A DNA stretch of 64,000 nucleotides from Acidobacteriota bacterium (GTDB taxonomy: Bacteria > Acidobacteriota > Vicinamibacteria > Vicinamibacterales > UBA2999), in contig JABFSA010000070.1 of NCBI GenBank assembly GCA_013140775.1, positions 38,838 to 102,837 on the forward strand, written 5' to 3'. The notes under the pieces are model-generated. The model saw nothing but the letters and a program-made list of their open reading frames with translations, did no database searches and was not told where the DNA came from. How positions within the stretch are numbered: position 1 is the stretch's first letter; every line of letters starts with the position of its first letter. Both the position numbers and the translations under genes were made by a program. Positions 51,146 through 59,677 of this stretch are shown piece by piece.

Positions 51146-52618
51146 GTGCGGCACACTGGATCGATCCTCGTCGTCGACGATGAAGACATCATGCGCGAGA
51201 TTCTCGACGCATTGTTGACGCGCGAGGGATACCACGTGCGCTTGGCATCGTCCGGCGCGGAAGGCATCGAGCTGGCGAAGGCCGTGCCTTTCGACGCGGC
51301 CATCGTCGACGTGATGATGCCGGGTATCGATGGCATTGGGACCCTCGAGGAAATCAAGAAGATCGACGATGACCTGCCCGTGCTGATGATCACGGCGTTT
51401 GCGTCGGTGGAATCGGCGATCGCTGCGATGAAGCGTGGTGCGTTCGACTACATCACGAAGCCATTCAAGAACGACGAGGTGCTCCTGGTCGTTCGCAATG
51501 CGGTCGAGCGGCGCCGGCTGCGGAGCGAAAACCTTGCCCTCCGTCAGACGCTCAGATCGCAGCATCAGAGTTTCCCGGGCATTGTCGGCCGCAGCCCAAA
51601 GATGAGACAGGTCTTCGACCTGATCGTTCAGGCAGCGCCGAGCCGATCGACGATCCTGATCACCGGGGAGAGTGGAACGGGAAAAGAACTCGCCGCCAGG
51701 TCGATTCATTCGAATTCGTCCCGCTCGGACCGAGCGTTCGTGACGGTGAATTCCGGGAATCTGCCCTCCGATCTCCTCGAGTCGACACTCTTCGGGCACG
51801 TCAAAGGCGCGTTCACCGGCGCCGTGTACCCGAAGAAAGGACTGTGCGATCTCGCTGATAAGGGAACCATCTTCTTCGACGAGATTGGCAACATCGCGCT
51901 CGAGACGCAGGCCAAGCTGCTGCGCGTGATGCAGGAGCGCGAGTTCATGCGCCTGGGGGGTATGGAGACGATCAAGGTCGATGTCCGGATCGTTGCGGCG
52001 ACCAACTGCGATCTGCGGGAAATGGTGGCCGACGGGCGCTTCCGGGAAGACCTCTTTTATCGCCTCCATGTCATCAATGTGTCGCTGCCGCCGCTCCGCG
52101 AGCGAAAAGAGGACATCCCGGTGCTCGCTAATCACTTCCTTGTGAAATACGGGGAGGAGAACCGCAAGAACGGCCTCGAACTCACCGCGGAAGCTCTGGA
52201 CGTGTTGACGGACTACGACTGGCCAGGGAACGTGCGTGAGCTGGAGAATGTGATCGAACGTGCAGTCGTGCTGACGTCGCAACCTCGGATCGATACGAAT
52301 CTGATCCCTGAGAACGTCCGGTCAGCGCCGATGTTCCACATTCCGCGGTTCACGCTGCCACCGGAAGGCATCTCGTTCAAGGACGTGATCACCAACGTCG
52401 AGAAGCGCCTGATCGAATCGACCCTGGAAGCGTCTGGGGGCGTGCAGAAGCGGGCGGCCGAGCTTCTGCACATCAAGCCAACGACGCTGAACGAGATGAT
52501 CAAGCGCTACGACATCAAGCTGCGTCGCAAGAAGGACGAGGATGCCGATGAGGGACCCGCAACGTCCGTCTCGCGGGTGCAACCGCGCCTGTCTACCGCA
52601 GATCCCACGCGGGAATAG
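51146..52618 (+). CDS. sigma-54-dependent response regulator (NtrC family)
   Basis: REC domain (ILVVDDE..), AAA+ with Walker A GESGTGKE, GAFTGA loop, ESTLFGH-type motif, and a C-terminal Fis-type HTH. Confidence 0.93.
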   Translation: MRHTGSILVVDDEDIMREILDALLTREGYHVRLASSGAEGIELAKAVPFDAAIVDVMMPGIDGIGTLEEIKKIDDDLPVLMITAFASVESAIAAMKRGAFDYITKPFKNDEVLLVVRNAVERRRLRSENLALRQTLRSQHQSFPGIVGRSPKMRQVFDLIVQAAPSRSTILITGESGTGKELAARSIHSNSSRSDRAFVTVNSGNLPSDLLESTLFGHVKGAFTGAVYPKKGLCDLADKGTIFFDEIGNIALETQAKLLRVMQEREFMRLGGMETIKVDVRIVAATNCDLREMVADGRFREDLFYRLHVINVSLPPLRERKEDIPVLANHFLVKYGEENRKNGLELTAEALDVLTDYDWPGNVRELENVIERAVVLTSQPRIDTNLIPENVRSAPMFHIPRFTLPPEGISFKDVITNVEKRLIESTLEASGGVQKRAAELLHIKPTTLNEMIKRYDIKLRRKKDEDADEGPATSVSRVQPRLSTADPTRE

Positions 52619-52619
52619 C

Positions 52620-53897
52620 TCAGCGCGATCTGGCCTTCGTCACAAGTCGATCGAACCGGCCGAGGACGACGTCCCAGCGATGGTGCTGCTGGACATATTC
52701 GCGGCCGCTCTCGCCCATTCGCTCTCGTAGCTTCGAGTTGGTCATCAGCACACGCATCGCTTCCACGAATTCTGCGCGGTTGGAGTAGTACAGGCCCGCG
52801 TTGGCGTTGCGGCAGAGTTCCACGGACGCGGTGTTTCTGGCGTTGGCGAGTACCGGTGTCCCGACAGCAAAGCTTTCAAGTACAGGTTGCGCGAGGAGGT
52901 CGTCCGGATCAGGTGCGACGGTGACGGTTGCTGCTTCGTAGGCAATCATCCGATCACGATCGGGAACCACTCCCGCCAGGCGGACATATGGTTCAGCCGG
53001 GACGTTCATGAGCTTCACGCCCGTGAGCACCAGCGAGGTGTCGCCGTCGGTCTCGCTGAAGCCATCGAAGTACTCGATCATCTCCTCGCAGCCATTGGTG
53101 GGCTGCACACGCCCGCCGTAGAGCGCGAACGAACCGTACAGTCGATGCCGGCGACGGAAGGGAATGCCTCGTCCAGACAGGTAGTCCTTCTCCTCGGGTA
53201 AGGTCGCGTCACCGTCCTCCTCGGATTCGTCCTCGTCGGAGAGCGCGTCGGCCGGATTTTGTTGATGTCGCGGATAACTCTGGCGCGCAAGTGTATCGAC
53301 GCCAATGCCGACAACTTCTTCGTTCGTCGGCCGAACGCGCAGGAACTGATGCATCAGGCTTCGTTCGCCTGCCGAGAGGTAACCAACGGCTTTGGCCGAT
53401 TCCACCAGGTCGGCCCAGACGCTGAACCGCAGCGGCGCGTCGAGCCGGAGGTATGGAAAAAGAATGCTGTGATCGGGCGCGGCGGCCATGCCGAGGACTG
53501 TCGTCGGGTGGTACAGAGAGAAGAACACGATCGCGTCGTAGGCACGGTGCTGACGCTTGAGGTAGTCGATCAGGCCCGGTGAGCTTGGACCCATTTGACG
53601 AACCCACTCCTGCTCGTCGTCTCTGCCGTGGACCTCTGAGCACAGTCGAGAGGTCAGCTGCTGGAAGCCGACGTTGTCCCGCAACTGGTTCACTCCAAAG
53701 CGTCTGACGAGGACGCCTCGAACGCGATCCGTGCCCTCCGAGTACTCGTTCCTCCACGTTGTGGTGTCGATTGCGCACGTCGTGAGTACGTCTACGGCAT
53801 GCCGCTGGCAGACCTGCTCGGCAAGCAGGCGGCAGGCGTGCTCCGCGCCCGAGGAAACATCCGCGCCATAGCGCGGTGTGACGAAGGCAAATCTCAT
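52620..53897 (-). CDS. glycosyltransferase (GT4-like), paralog of the upstream gene
   Basis: From ATG 53897: MRFAFVTPRYGADVSSGAE.. An acidic insert precedes the C-terminal GT-B half. ATGA overlap with the upstream stop. Confidence 0.8.
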   Translation of the reverse strand: MRFAFVTPRYGADVSSGAEHACRLLAEQVCQRHAVDVLTTCAIDTTTWRNEYSEGTDRVRGVLVRRFGVNQLRDNVGFQQLTSRLCSEVHGRDDEQEWVRQMGPSSPGLIDYLKRQHRAYDAIVFFSLYHPTTVLGMAAAPDHSILFPYLRLDAPLRFSVWADLVESAKAVGYLSAGERSLMHQFLRVRPTNEEVVGIGVDTLARQSYPRHQQNPADALSDEDESEEDGDATLPEEKDYLSGRGIPFRRRHRLYGSFALYGGRVQPTNGCEEMIEYFDGFSETDGDTSLVLTGVKLMNVPAEPYVRLAGVVPDRDRMIAYEAATVTVAPDPDDLLAQPVLESFAVGTPVLANARNTASVELCRNANAGLYYSNRAEFVEAMRVLMTNSKLRERMGESGREYVQQHHRWDVVLGRFDRLVTKARSR

Positions 53898-55204
53898 GCG
53901 GACACCTCGGCCGGATTCTGAAACTGCAGGGATGGTCCTTCCGGCAGGCCGGCAAGTACGTCTGCGGCTGCCGGTACGACGGGCCGGCGTCGAGCAAACC
54001 ACCCGGGAAGCGGCTCCATGCGATGCGGAGCGCGCTCCGACGCGAGACGGTCGAACATGTCCAGATACTTACGCTCGATGACTGGCCAGCTGTAGTCCCG
54101 AGCAAAGAAGTCACGGCCATTGTGCCCGAGGGCAGCCGCAAGCGGTGGGTCGCCGAGGAGGCGATCGATGGCAGCCATGAAGTCGCTGATGTTGTCGTAG
54201 TAGAGGCCAGCATTGCTGCGGATACACTGGCCGCGCAGGACATCACACCGGCCGTTGGCGAGCACCGGCCGTCCAAGCGCCCACGCTTCGAGCGCCACCA
54301 TCGAAAGACTTTCGTAGTACGACGGCATGACGAGTGCCTCGGCTGCTGCGATCACGTCGAACTTGTCCTGGTCGTCCACGAATCCGAGATGGCGGATCCG
54401 CGGATGCGCCGGAATCGGGAGGACGGCCGTGCCGATGAGCACCAGATCGAGCGGTCGGTCGGATACCCGCGTGAATCTGTCGAAGAAGTCGAACAGCTCG
54501 GCGCACCCTTTGGCGGCCTCGATACGCCCGACGTAGACGAGAAACGGGCGCGACAAGCCGAATTTCGTCCTGGCCCTGGCGGGATCCACGCCTGTGGGGA
54601 TGTTGGAACTGACTCCCACGACGACGCCCGGCACGTGCTCGTTGTTCGATACAGCGTGAATGGTCGCGCGCTCTTCGAAGGAGTTGTACATGATGGCGCG
54701 GACACCCCGAAAAATCGGCTGAAAAAGTGCGAGGCCGAGTGCAGGCTCACGTTCCGCGGTCGGCACGAGGACTGCGCGCCCGGGGATCGACCGAGCCCCG
54801 TAGTAGGCCAGGTAATACCGCACGCAGAACAGCAGGACGAAATCGAATTCTTCTCGCGATCGCCGAAGTCTCGACAGCAGTGTGGGGCTGACCGGGCCCT
54901 CGCTGTCGAGCCAGTCGAGCTCTTCCTGCAGCGTATGAAGGCGGAGGAACACACGCCGGGATCGGACGTCGAAGTCCCGGCGGTCACGCTGGCGGGAGAC
55001 ACTGAATCGCTCAACCGGAACACCGTTGACATCATCAAGTCCGGCCGGGAATTCGTCCCGCCATGTCGTGTGATCCCGTGCGCATGTCGTCAGGACCCTG
55101 ACGTCAAGGCGCGACGAGAGCCGTTCAGCAATGAATCGTGCATGAAGTTCCGCGCCACCGCTGATGTCGGCACCATACCGCTGCACGACAACGGCAATCT
55201 TCAT
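53894..55204 (-). CDS. glycosyltransferase family 4 protein
   Basis: From ATG 55204: MKIAVVVQRYGADISGGAE.. C-terminal E..S...LEA.A.G.PVL motif (ESLSMVALEAWALGRPVLAN). Confidence 0.85.
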   Translation of the reverse strand: MKIAVVVQRYGADISGGAELHARFIAERLSSRLDVRVLTTCARDHTTWRDEFPAGLDDVNGVPVERFSVSRQRDRRDFDVRSRRVFLRLHTLQEELDWLDSEGPVSPTLLSRLRRSREEFDFVLLFCVRYYLAYYGARSIPGRAVLVPTAEREPALGLALFQPIFRGVRAIMYNSFEERATIHAVSNNEHVPGVVVGVSSNIPTGVDPARARTKFGLSRPFLVYVGRIEAAKGCAELFDFFDRFTRVSDRPLDLVLIGTAVLPIPAHPRIRHLGFVDDQDKFDVIAAAEALVMPSYYESLSMVALEAWALGRPVLANGRCDVLRGQCIRSNAGLYYDNISDFMAAIDRLLGDPPLAAALGHNGRDFFARDYSWPVIERKYLDMFDRLASERAPHRMEPLPGWFARRRPVVPAAADVLAGLPEGPSLQFQNPAEVSA

Positions 55205-55211
55205 CGTGCCA

Positions 55212-56312
55212 CTAGTCTTCGGGGGGACCGCCGTCCGGCGGCAGCACGACGGGCGACTCCTGGGCTGCGGGCTCGGGCAGAGGATCGGGCTCGGCCTGCG
55301 TGGCGATCGCCTGCATCGACGGCTCGGTCTCGGGGATCTCCAGCGCTTCCTCGGCTTCATCCCGTTCGTCTTCCTCGTCCGAGGACGAATCCACAAATGC
55401 AGCAGCAGGGGCCAGGATGTGCGCTGCGCCTTCAGGGGCGCCAGGGGCGACAGCCTCTCCAGGAACCGTTCCGCTGCGGCGTCCACGCCTTCGCCGGCGT
55501 CGTCGGCGTGCCGCGTCTGGTGTCTGGGCCTGTGCATCGCCGGGGGTTGCTATTGGTTCCGCTCGGGGGGTGTCGCTCTCGGTCGGTGGCGTTGCCACGA
55601 ATGTTTCGGTTGGCTTGCCCTGTGGCCGCGAGCGATGGGCCGATCCCTCCAGGGTGCCGACGCGACGATCGTTGAAGTCAACCCGCGCCGCCAGCGACTC
55701 GACGCGCAACGACAGCGCCTGGAGCTCGAGGGTGACACGCGACACTTCCGTCACGAGACGCTGGACGATCTCGTAGTGCAACGCATTCCATTCCGTCTGT
55801 CGGCGGTCGCGTTCGGCGTTGCGTTCAACGGCTTCGAAGTTCAACTTGGCTTGGAGATGCAACGCCTGGATAACCGGATTCGGGTTGAAGAAGAGCTTCA
55901 ACAGAGGATTGAACAGCCGCCGCGCGAACCGAAGCGCTCCGCGATGCGAGTCGTAGATGGTGGTGTCTTCGAACGAAAAGGTCGGCTCATTTGGAATCTT
56001 GTCGCTCTGGCCCGTCGGCGCGGCGGCGCTGCGCTTGAGCCCGTCAAGGAGTGACGGCTTGATCGCGCGGGGGTCGAGAATCGACTCGAGACGCCGCGCG
56101 GCAAGATCCTGAATCTGCTGGTTCGAGAGGTCGATGCCCTGGCGTTGCGCGATGCGTCCACGGATGTCGCGCATGATCTGTTCAACGTCCACCTGGTCAC
56201 GTCCCTGGCGATCCTGTGCTTGCGGAGGAGATGGCCGGCGCATGGGTCCGCGGCGATCTGGCCCCCGGCGAGGGCGATGGTTGCCTCGGTGCCTGTCCTG
56301 ATTCTGGTCCAT
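55212..56312 (-). CDS. hypothetical protein: Arg-rich N-terminus, coiled-coil core, poly-Arg stretch, acidic Pro-rich tail
   Basis: 366-aa ORF tightly packed between DUF362 (5-nt gap) and GT4 (7-nt gap). Low-complexity ends. No family recognised. Confidence 0.6.
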   Translation of the reverse strand: MDQNQDRHRGNHRPRRGPDRRGPMRRPSPPQAQDRQGRDQVDVEQIMRDIRGRIAQRQGIDLSNQQIQDLAARRLESILDPRAIKPSLLDGLKRSAAAPTGQSDKIPNEPTFSFEDTTIYDSHRGALRFARRLFNPLLKLFFNPNPVIQALHLQAKLNFEAVERNAERDRRQTEWNALHYEIVQRLVTEVSRVTLELQALSLRVESLAARVDFNDRRVGTLEGSAHRSRPQGKPTETFVATPPTESDTPRAEPIATPGDAQAQTPDAARRRRRRRRGRRSGTVPGEAVAPGAPEGAAHILAPAAAFVDSSSDEEDERDEAEEALEIPETEPSMQAIATQAEPDPLPEPAAQESPVVLPPDGGPPED

Positions 56313-56317
56313 TCGTC

Positions 56318-57445
56318 TCAGTACTTTCTAAAGAGCTGCCCCCACTCCGTCTTCATGAACGAGCGGATGCGCGACTGCCCAATCGTCGGATACCAGAAGA
56401 GATCGTGGTACACGTTCGAGGCGACCGGCGCCCACACCATGAGGGGTGAGTGAAGGAGCACACGTTCGAGCGGTCGCAAGAAGCCCTTTCGAATCGCCTG
56501 GTCACCCCAGATGACCAGTGAGCGGCGGGTCTTGAAACCGAAGTTTTCGTGAGAGATATCGTCGCCGACCAACTCTATCTGTCGCGGGTCAGCGATGCCC
56601 AGGCCCCGCTCGTGGGCCATGCGCAGGAAGGGAATCGAAAGTGGCTCGAAACCCATCAATTGTGCTGCGATTGCGTCGATTGCCACGGAGTCGGTGGCAG
56701 CGAGTATCAGGTTCTTGACCCGCGGCACCATCGTGCGCGGGCCCGCACCGTCACCCGCGATGGTTCCATCCATCACCGTGAACACCGCCGGATGGAGCTC
56801 GCGCTGCATATACAGGAGATCCACAAGCACTTCGTGCATGTACTTGTGGGCGTAGTGCCTGACTTCGCGTAACAGACCGCCGAACGAGTTTTTGACCGAG
56901 CCCGTCATCACTGCGTGGCCGTGGGTCTTGACCGTCGGCAGGTGAAGGATCTGACGGCCCGGATAGATCGCGGGGATCTGGATCCCGTCAGGAAAAATTT
57001 CGTTCAGCTTCAGGAGAGGGCTCTTGAAGCGGTAGACCTGCCACTCGACCTCCGGCAGCGGCGTGAACGTCAGCCCATGTCTGTCGAGAATTGGCTCCCA
57101 GCGATTATTTCGGCAGCCTTGACGCGGGTTGGTGACGACAGTCTTATTCTCGATCGGGATGAGACGCTCGCGCGCAAACCCGTCGCGCAGCATCTTCGTC
57201 GCGACGCCATCGACCTGCCACGGCTGCGACGAACAGGACGGGAAGTATTTGGTCCACGACAGGTTCAGCTTCAGAAGCGTGTCGCGGTCCTGAGAGAGGA
57301 CGTCGCGGTAGCCAGCGAGATCCATCAAGCGCCCATAGTCTTCGACGACCGTCGCCGGGGTCGTACGGACGACCGCGACGCGCGCTGTGCGACTGCGTGG
57401 TTCCGTCGCGCTGACCTGTTGGCTGTCCGCCAGGAGGGTTGCCAC
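56318..57445 (-). CDS. DUF362 domain-containing protein
   Basis: DUF362-like core (..LLKLNLSW.., ..LPTVKTHG.., ..VMDGT.AGDG.GP..). Start is uncertain: GTG 57445 lies 2 nt after the upstream stop, while the track ATG at 57508 overlaps the upstream gene. Confidence 0.7.
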   Translation of the reverse strand: MATLLADSQQVSATEPRSRTARVAVVRTTPATVVEDYGRLMDLAGYRDVLSQDRDTLLKLNLSWTKYFPSCSSQPWQVDGVATKMLRDGFARERLIPIENKTVVTNPRQGCRNNRWEPILDRHGLTFTPLPEVEWQVYRFKSPLLKLNEIFPDGIQIPAIYPGRQILHLPTVKTHGHAVMTGSVKNSFGGLLREVRHYAHKYMHEVLVDLLYMQRELHPAVFTVMDGTIAGDGAGPRTMVPRVKNLILAATDSVAIDAIAAQLMGFEPLSIPFLRMAHERGLGIADPRQIELVGDDISHENFGFKTRRSLVIWGDQAIRKGFLRPLERVLLHSPLMVWAPVASNVYHDLFWYPTIGQSRIRSFMKTEWGQLFRKY

Positions 57446-57447
57446 GG

Positions 57448-58401
57448 CTAGTGTCCCAGAGGGGAGTACATCAGCACCGCGGCGGTGCCAATCCACATTC
57501 CCACGCAAAGCAGCAACGGGCGGTCGGACAGCAGCAACGTCGATGGACTGCCGCCCCCCTTCTTCTGATGCACCAGATAGAGATATCGGAAGATGCCGTA
57601 GAGCACAAACGGCACCGTAAGACCCAGGCGCGACGTTCCAAGTCGGGCGGCCGTGTCCGGACTGGTCGCGTAGACCGTGTAGCCCATCACCGTGGACGCC
57701 GTGACGACCGAAATCATTTGATCAAGCAGGTACGGGCTGTATTCGTCCAGGATGGGCCGATGCTCTTCAGCACCCCCTCCGAGGAGGACCAGTTCGTGTC
57801 GCCGCTTGCTGAGTGCGAGGAAGAGCGCCAGGAGTGTCGCGCACACGAGCAGCCACGAACTGATGGGCACCATCACCGCGACTGCTCCCGCGACCGCCCG
57901 TAGAACGAAGCCGGCGGAGATTGTCATCACGTCCAGGATCACGAAGTGCTTGAGGGCCAGCGAATAGAGAAGGAGCAGCGCCGCGTACGCGCTCGCAACC
58001 CCAGCGAGCGCAGACGTCACCAGCGCGGCGCCTCCCACGCCGCCCGCGATGAGTACGATTGCCGCGAGGAGGGCGGTTGACGCTGGCAGTTCGCCAGCGG
58101 CGATTGGTCGCTGGCGTTTGATCGGGTGTTTCTGGTCTCCTTCCCGGTCTCGGAGATCGTTGACCAGATAGATCCCTCCCGAGAGCGCGCAGAACACCAC
58201 GAAGGTCGAGAAGGCAGCCAGAATGGCAGCTGGCTCGAGCAGACGACCGCCGAAGATCAAGCCTGCAAAGACCAGTAGATTCTTCGTCCATTGTTCGGGG
58301 CGAAGCGATACAACCAGCGCCCGACCCTGCGAGCGTCGCGCTGTACCGATGGCTGGCTGATGAAAGGGCCGGGGGACCTGAATCAGGGGAGAACGCGCCA
58401 T
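57448..58401 (-). CDS. UbiA-family prenyltransferase resembling decaprenyl-phosphate phosphoribosyltransferase (DPPR synthase)
   Basis: LRPEQWTKNLLVFAGL start block, NDxxDxxxD (YLVNDLRDREGDQKH), second Asp-rich region, about 8-9 TM helices. Confidence 0.8.
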   Translation of the reverse strand: MARSPLIQVPRPFHQPAIGTARRSQGRALVVSLRPEQWTKNLLVFAGLIFGGRLLEPAAILAAFSTFVVFCALSGGIYLVNDLRDREGDQKHPIKRQRPIAAGELPASTALLAAIVLIAGGVGGAALVTSALAGVASAYAALLLLYSLALKHFVILDVMTISAGFVLRAVAGAVAVMVPISSWLLVCATLLALFLALSKRRHELVLLGGGAEEHRPILDEYSPYLLDQMISVVTASTVMGYTVYATSPDTAARLGTSRLGLTVPFVLYGIFRYLYLVHQKKGGGSPSTLLLSDRPLLLCVGMWIGTAAVLMYSPLGH

Positions 58402-58414
58402 GACAGCGCGGTCT

Positions 58415-58768
58415 TCAGACCCTCGCAGAAGCGGAAAAGCTTCGAACGGCGTCTTCTTCGCTGTCGTGTGTCTCGAAGACGGTGAGCAGCTTGGTGATGG
58501 CGAGCAGATCGGTGATGCGCTTGGTCAGATTCAGAAGCTTCAGGCTCCCCCCCTGACGACTCACCGTCGTGTAGGTGCGCACGATCTCTCCGAGGCCCGA
58601 ACTGTCGATGTACGGGACTCCGGCAAGATTCAGAACAATTTTCTTGTGACCGTCCAGGACGAGACTGTTGATCTTGTCCTTCAAAATCTCGTCGCCTTCG
58701 CCGAGGGTCATCTTCCCGATGATGTCCAGGATGATGATGTCTCCGGCTGTGCGTTCCTCGATCTGCAT
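58415..58768 (-). CDS. STAS-domain protein (anti-sigma-factor antagonist family)
   Basis: From ATG 58768, 117 aa: ..ILDIIGKMT......L...I..L...G.KKIVLNLAGV.YIDSSGLG.IV... The track ORF to 59080 is an unsupported extension. Confidence 0.85.
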   Translation of the reverse strand: MQIEERTAGDIIILDIIGKMTLGEGDEILKDKINSLVLDGHKKIVLNLAGVPYIDSSGLGEIVRTYTTVSRQGGSLKLLNLTKRITDLLAITKLLTVFETHDSEEDAVRSFSASARV

Positions 58769-58884
58769 ACCCGTCCCCGCGTAGAACTCGACTCTTAAAG
58801 GTCGCGATGTTAACACACTAGAACCGGGCCAGACCGCGAGGTCCAGCCCGGTGATCACAAGGTCGACACTGGAGGTGAGAAGCC

Positions 58885-58902
58885 CGCACCGAGCGCGGTG
58901 CG
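58885..58902 (-). terminator. 7-bp hairpin (CGCACCG-agcg-CGGTGCG) directly after the zinc-ribbon gene stop
   Basis: Abuts the TGA at 58903-58905. No clear U-tract. Confidence 0.35.
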
Positions 58903-59202
58903 TCAGGCTCCTGCAAACTTCCGCTGTTGGAAGCACTCCTTGCAGAAGACCGGGCGTCCCTGGGTGGGGCGGAACGGCACCGTGGTGTCCTTGCCGCACG
59001 CCGAGCAGGTGGCCTGGGTTTCGACGCGCTCCCGACTCACCGGCCCCGAACTCGACCGGTTTGCCCGAGACGCCTTGCACGACTTACAGCGCTTGGGTTC
59101 ATTCTTGAACTGCTTGTCGGCGAAGAAAAGCTGTTCGCCAGCAGTCCAGATGAATTCCTCCCCGCAGTCCACGCACCTCAGGCTCTTGTCTTGGAACTCC
59201 AT
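58903..59202 (-). CDS. zinc-ribbon protein with CxxC-x17-CxxC domain
   Basis: N-terminal CVDC..(25)..CKSC, and C-terminal CSAC followed by exactly 17 residues and CKEC (..VPF.P...RPV.C.EC). Confidence 0.8.
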   Translation of the reverse strand: MEFQDKSLRCVDCGEEFIWTAGEQLFFADKQFKNEPKRCKSCKASRANRSSSGPVSRERVETQATCSACGKDTTVPFRPTQGRPVFCKECFQQRKFAGA

Positions 59203-59237
59203 CGGTCGCCACCTCGTGGTCGTCGATCACGCCGACG

Positions 59238-59435
59238 CTACTCGGATTCGCGTCGGAGCTTCTTCCGATTGCGCTTTCGCGCCAGAGCCTGCTTGGCCCG
59301 ACGCTTGTCACCTGGCTTCAGATAGAAGGAGTGCTTCTTAATGTCCTTGATGATGTCTTCCTGCTGCACCTTGCGCTTGAAGCGGCGGAGAGCGCTCTCA
59401 ATGGACTCGCCTTCCTGAATTTTGACTTCTGCCAC
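59238..59435 (-). CDS. rpsU: 30S ribosomal protein S21
   Basis: (M)AEVKIQEGESIESALRRFKRKV...K...FY.KP..KRR aligns with the S21 N-terminus. GTG 59435 is preferred over GTG 59447, which abuts the GAGGGG RBS. Confidence 0.9.
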   Translation of the reverse strand: MAEVKIQEGESIESALRRFKRKVQQEDIIKDIKKHSFYLKPGDKRRAKQALARKRNRKKLRRESE

Positions 59436-59524
59436 GCTGCGAAACACCCCCTCACCCGTACAGGGACTCCCTGTGATTGCCTTTGAAAAGTGCCGAATAT
59501 GCTAGGCTAGCACAGGCAGGCGCG

Positions 59525-59553
59525 GATTCTAGGCGCAACGGGTTTCCGCGTCA
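59525..59553 (-). promoter_or_regulatory. Sigma-70-like promoter TTGACG-17 nt-TAGAAT driving rpsU
   Basis: Minus strand: -35 at 59553-59548 and -10 at 59530-59525, about 85-95 nt upstream of the rpsU start. Confidence 0.5.
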
Positions 59554-59677
59554 ATGAAATAGTCTGGAAACGCTACCCGGCGAGGCACCCCCCTTCACAC
59601 CTCGACCCGACAAATGCCTCCGGCAGGTCAGAAGATTCCCCTAAATTACTGTGACATCAATAGTTAGATAGATTCTT

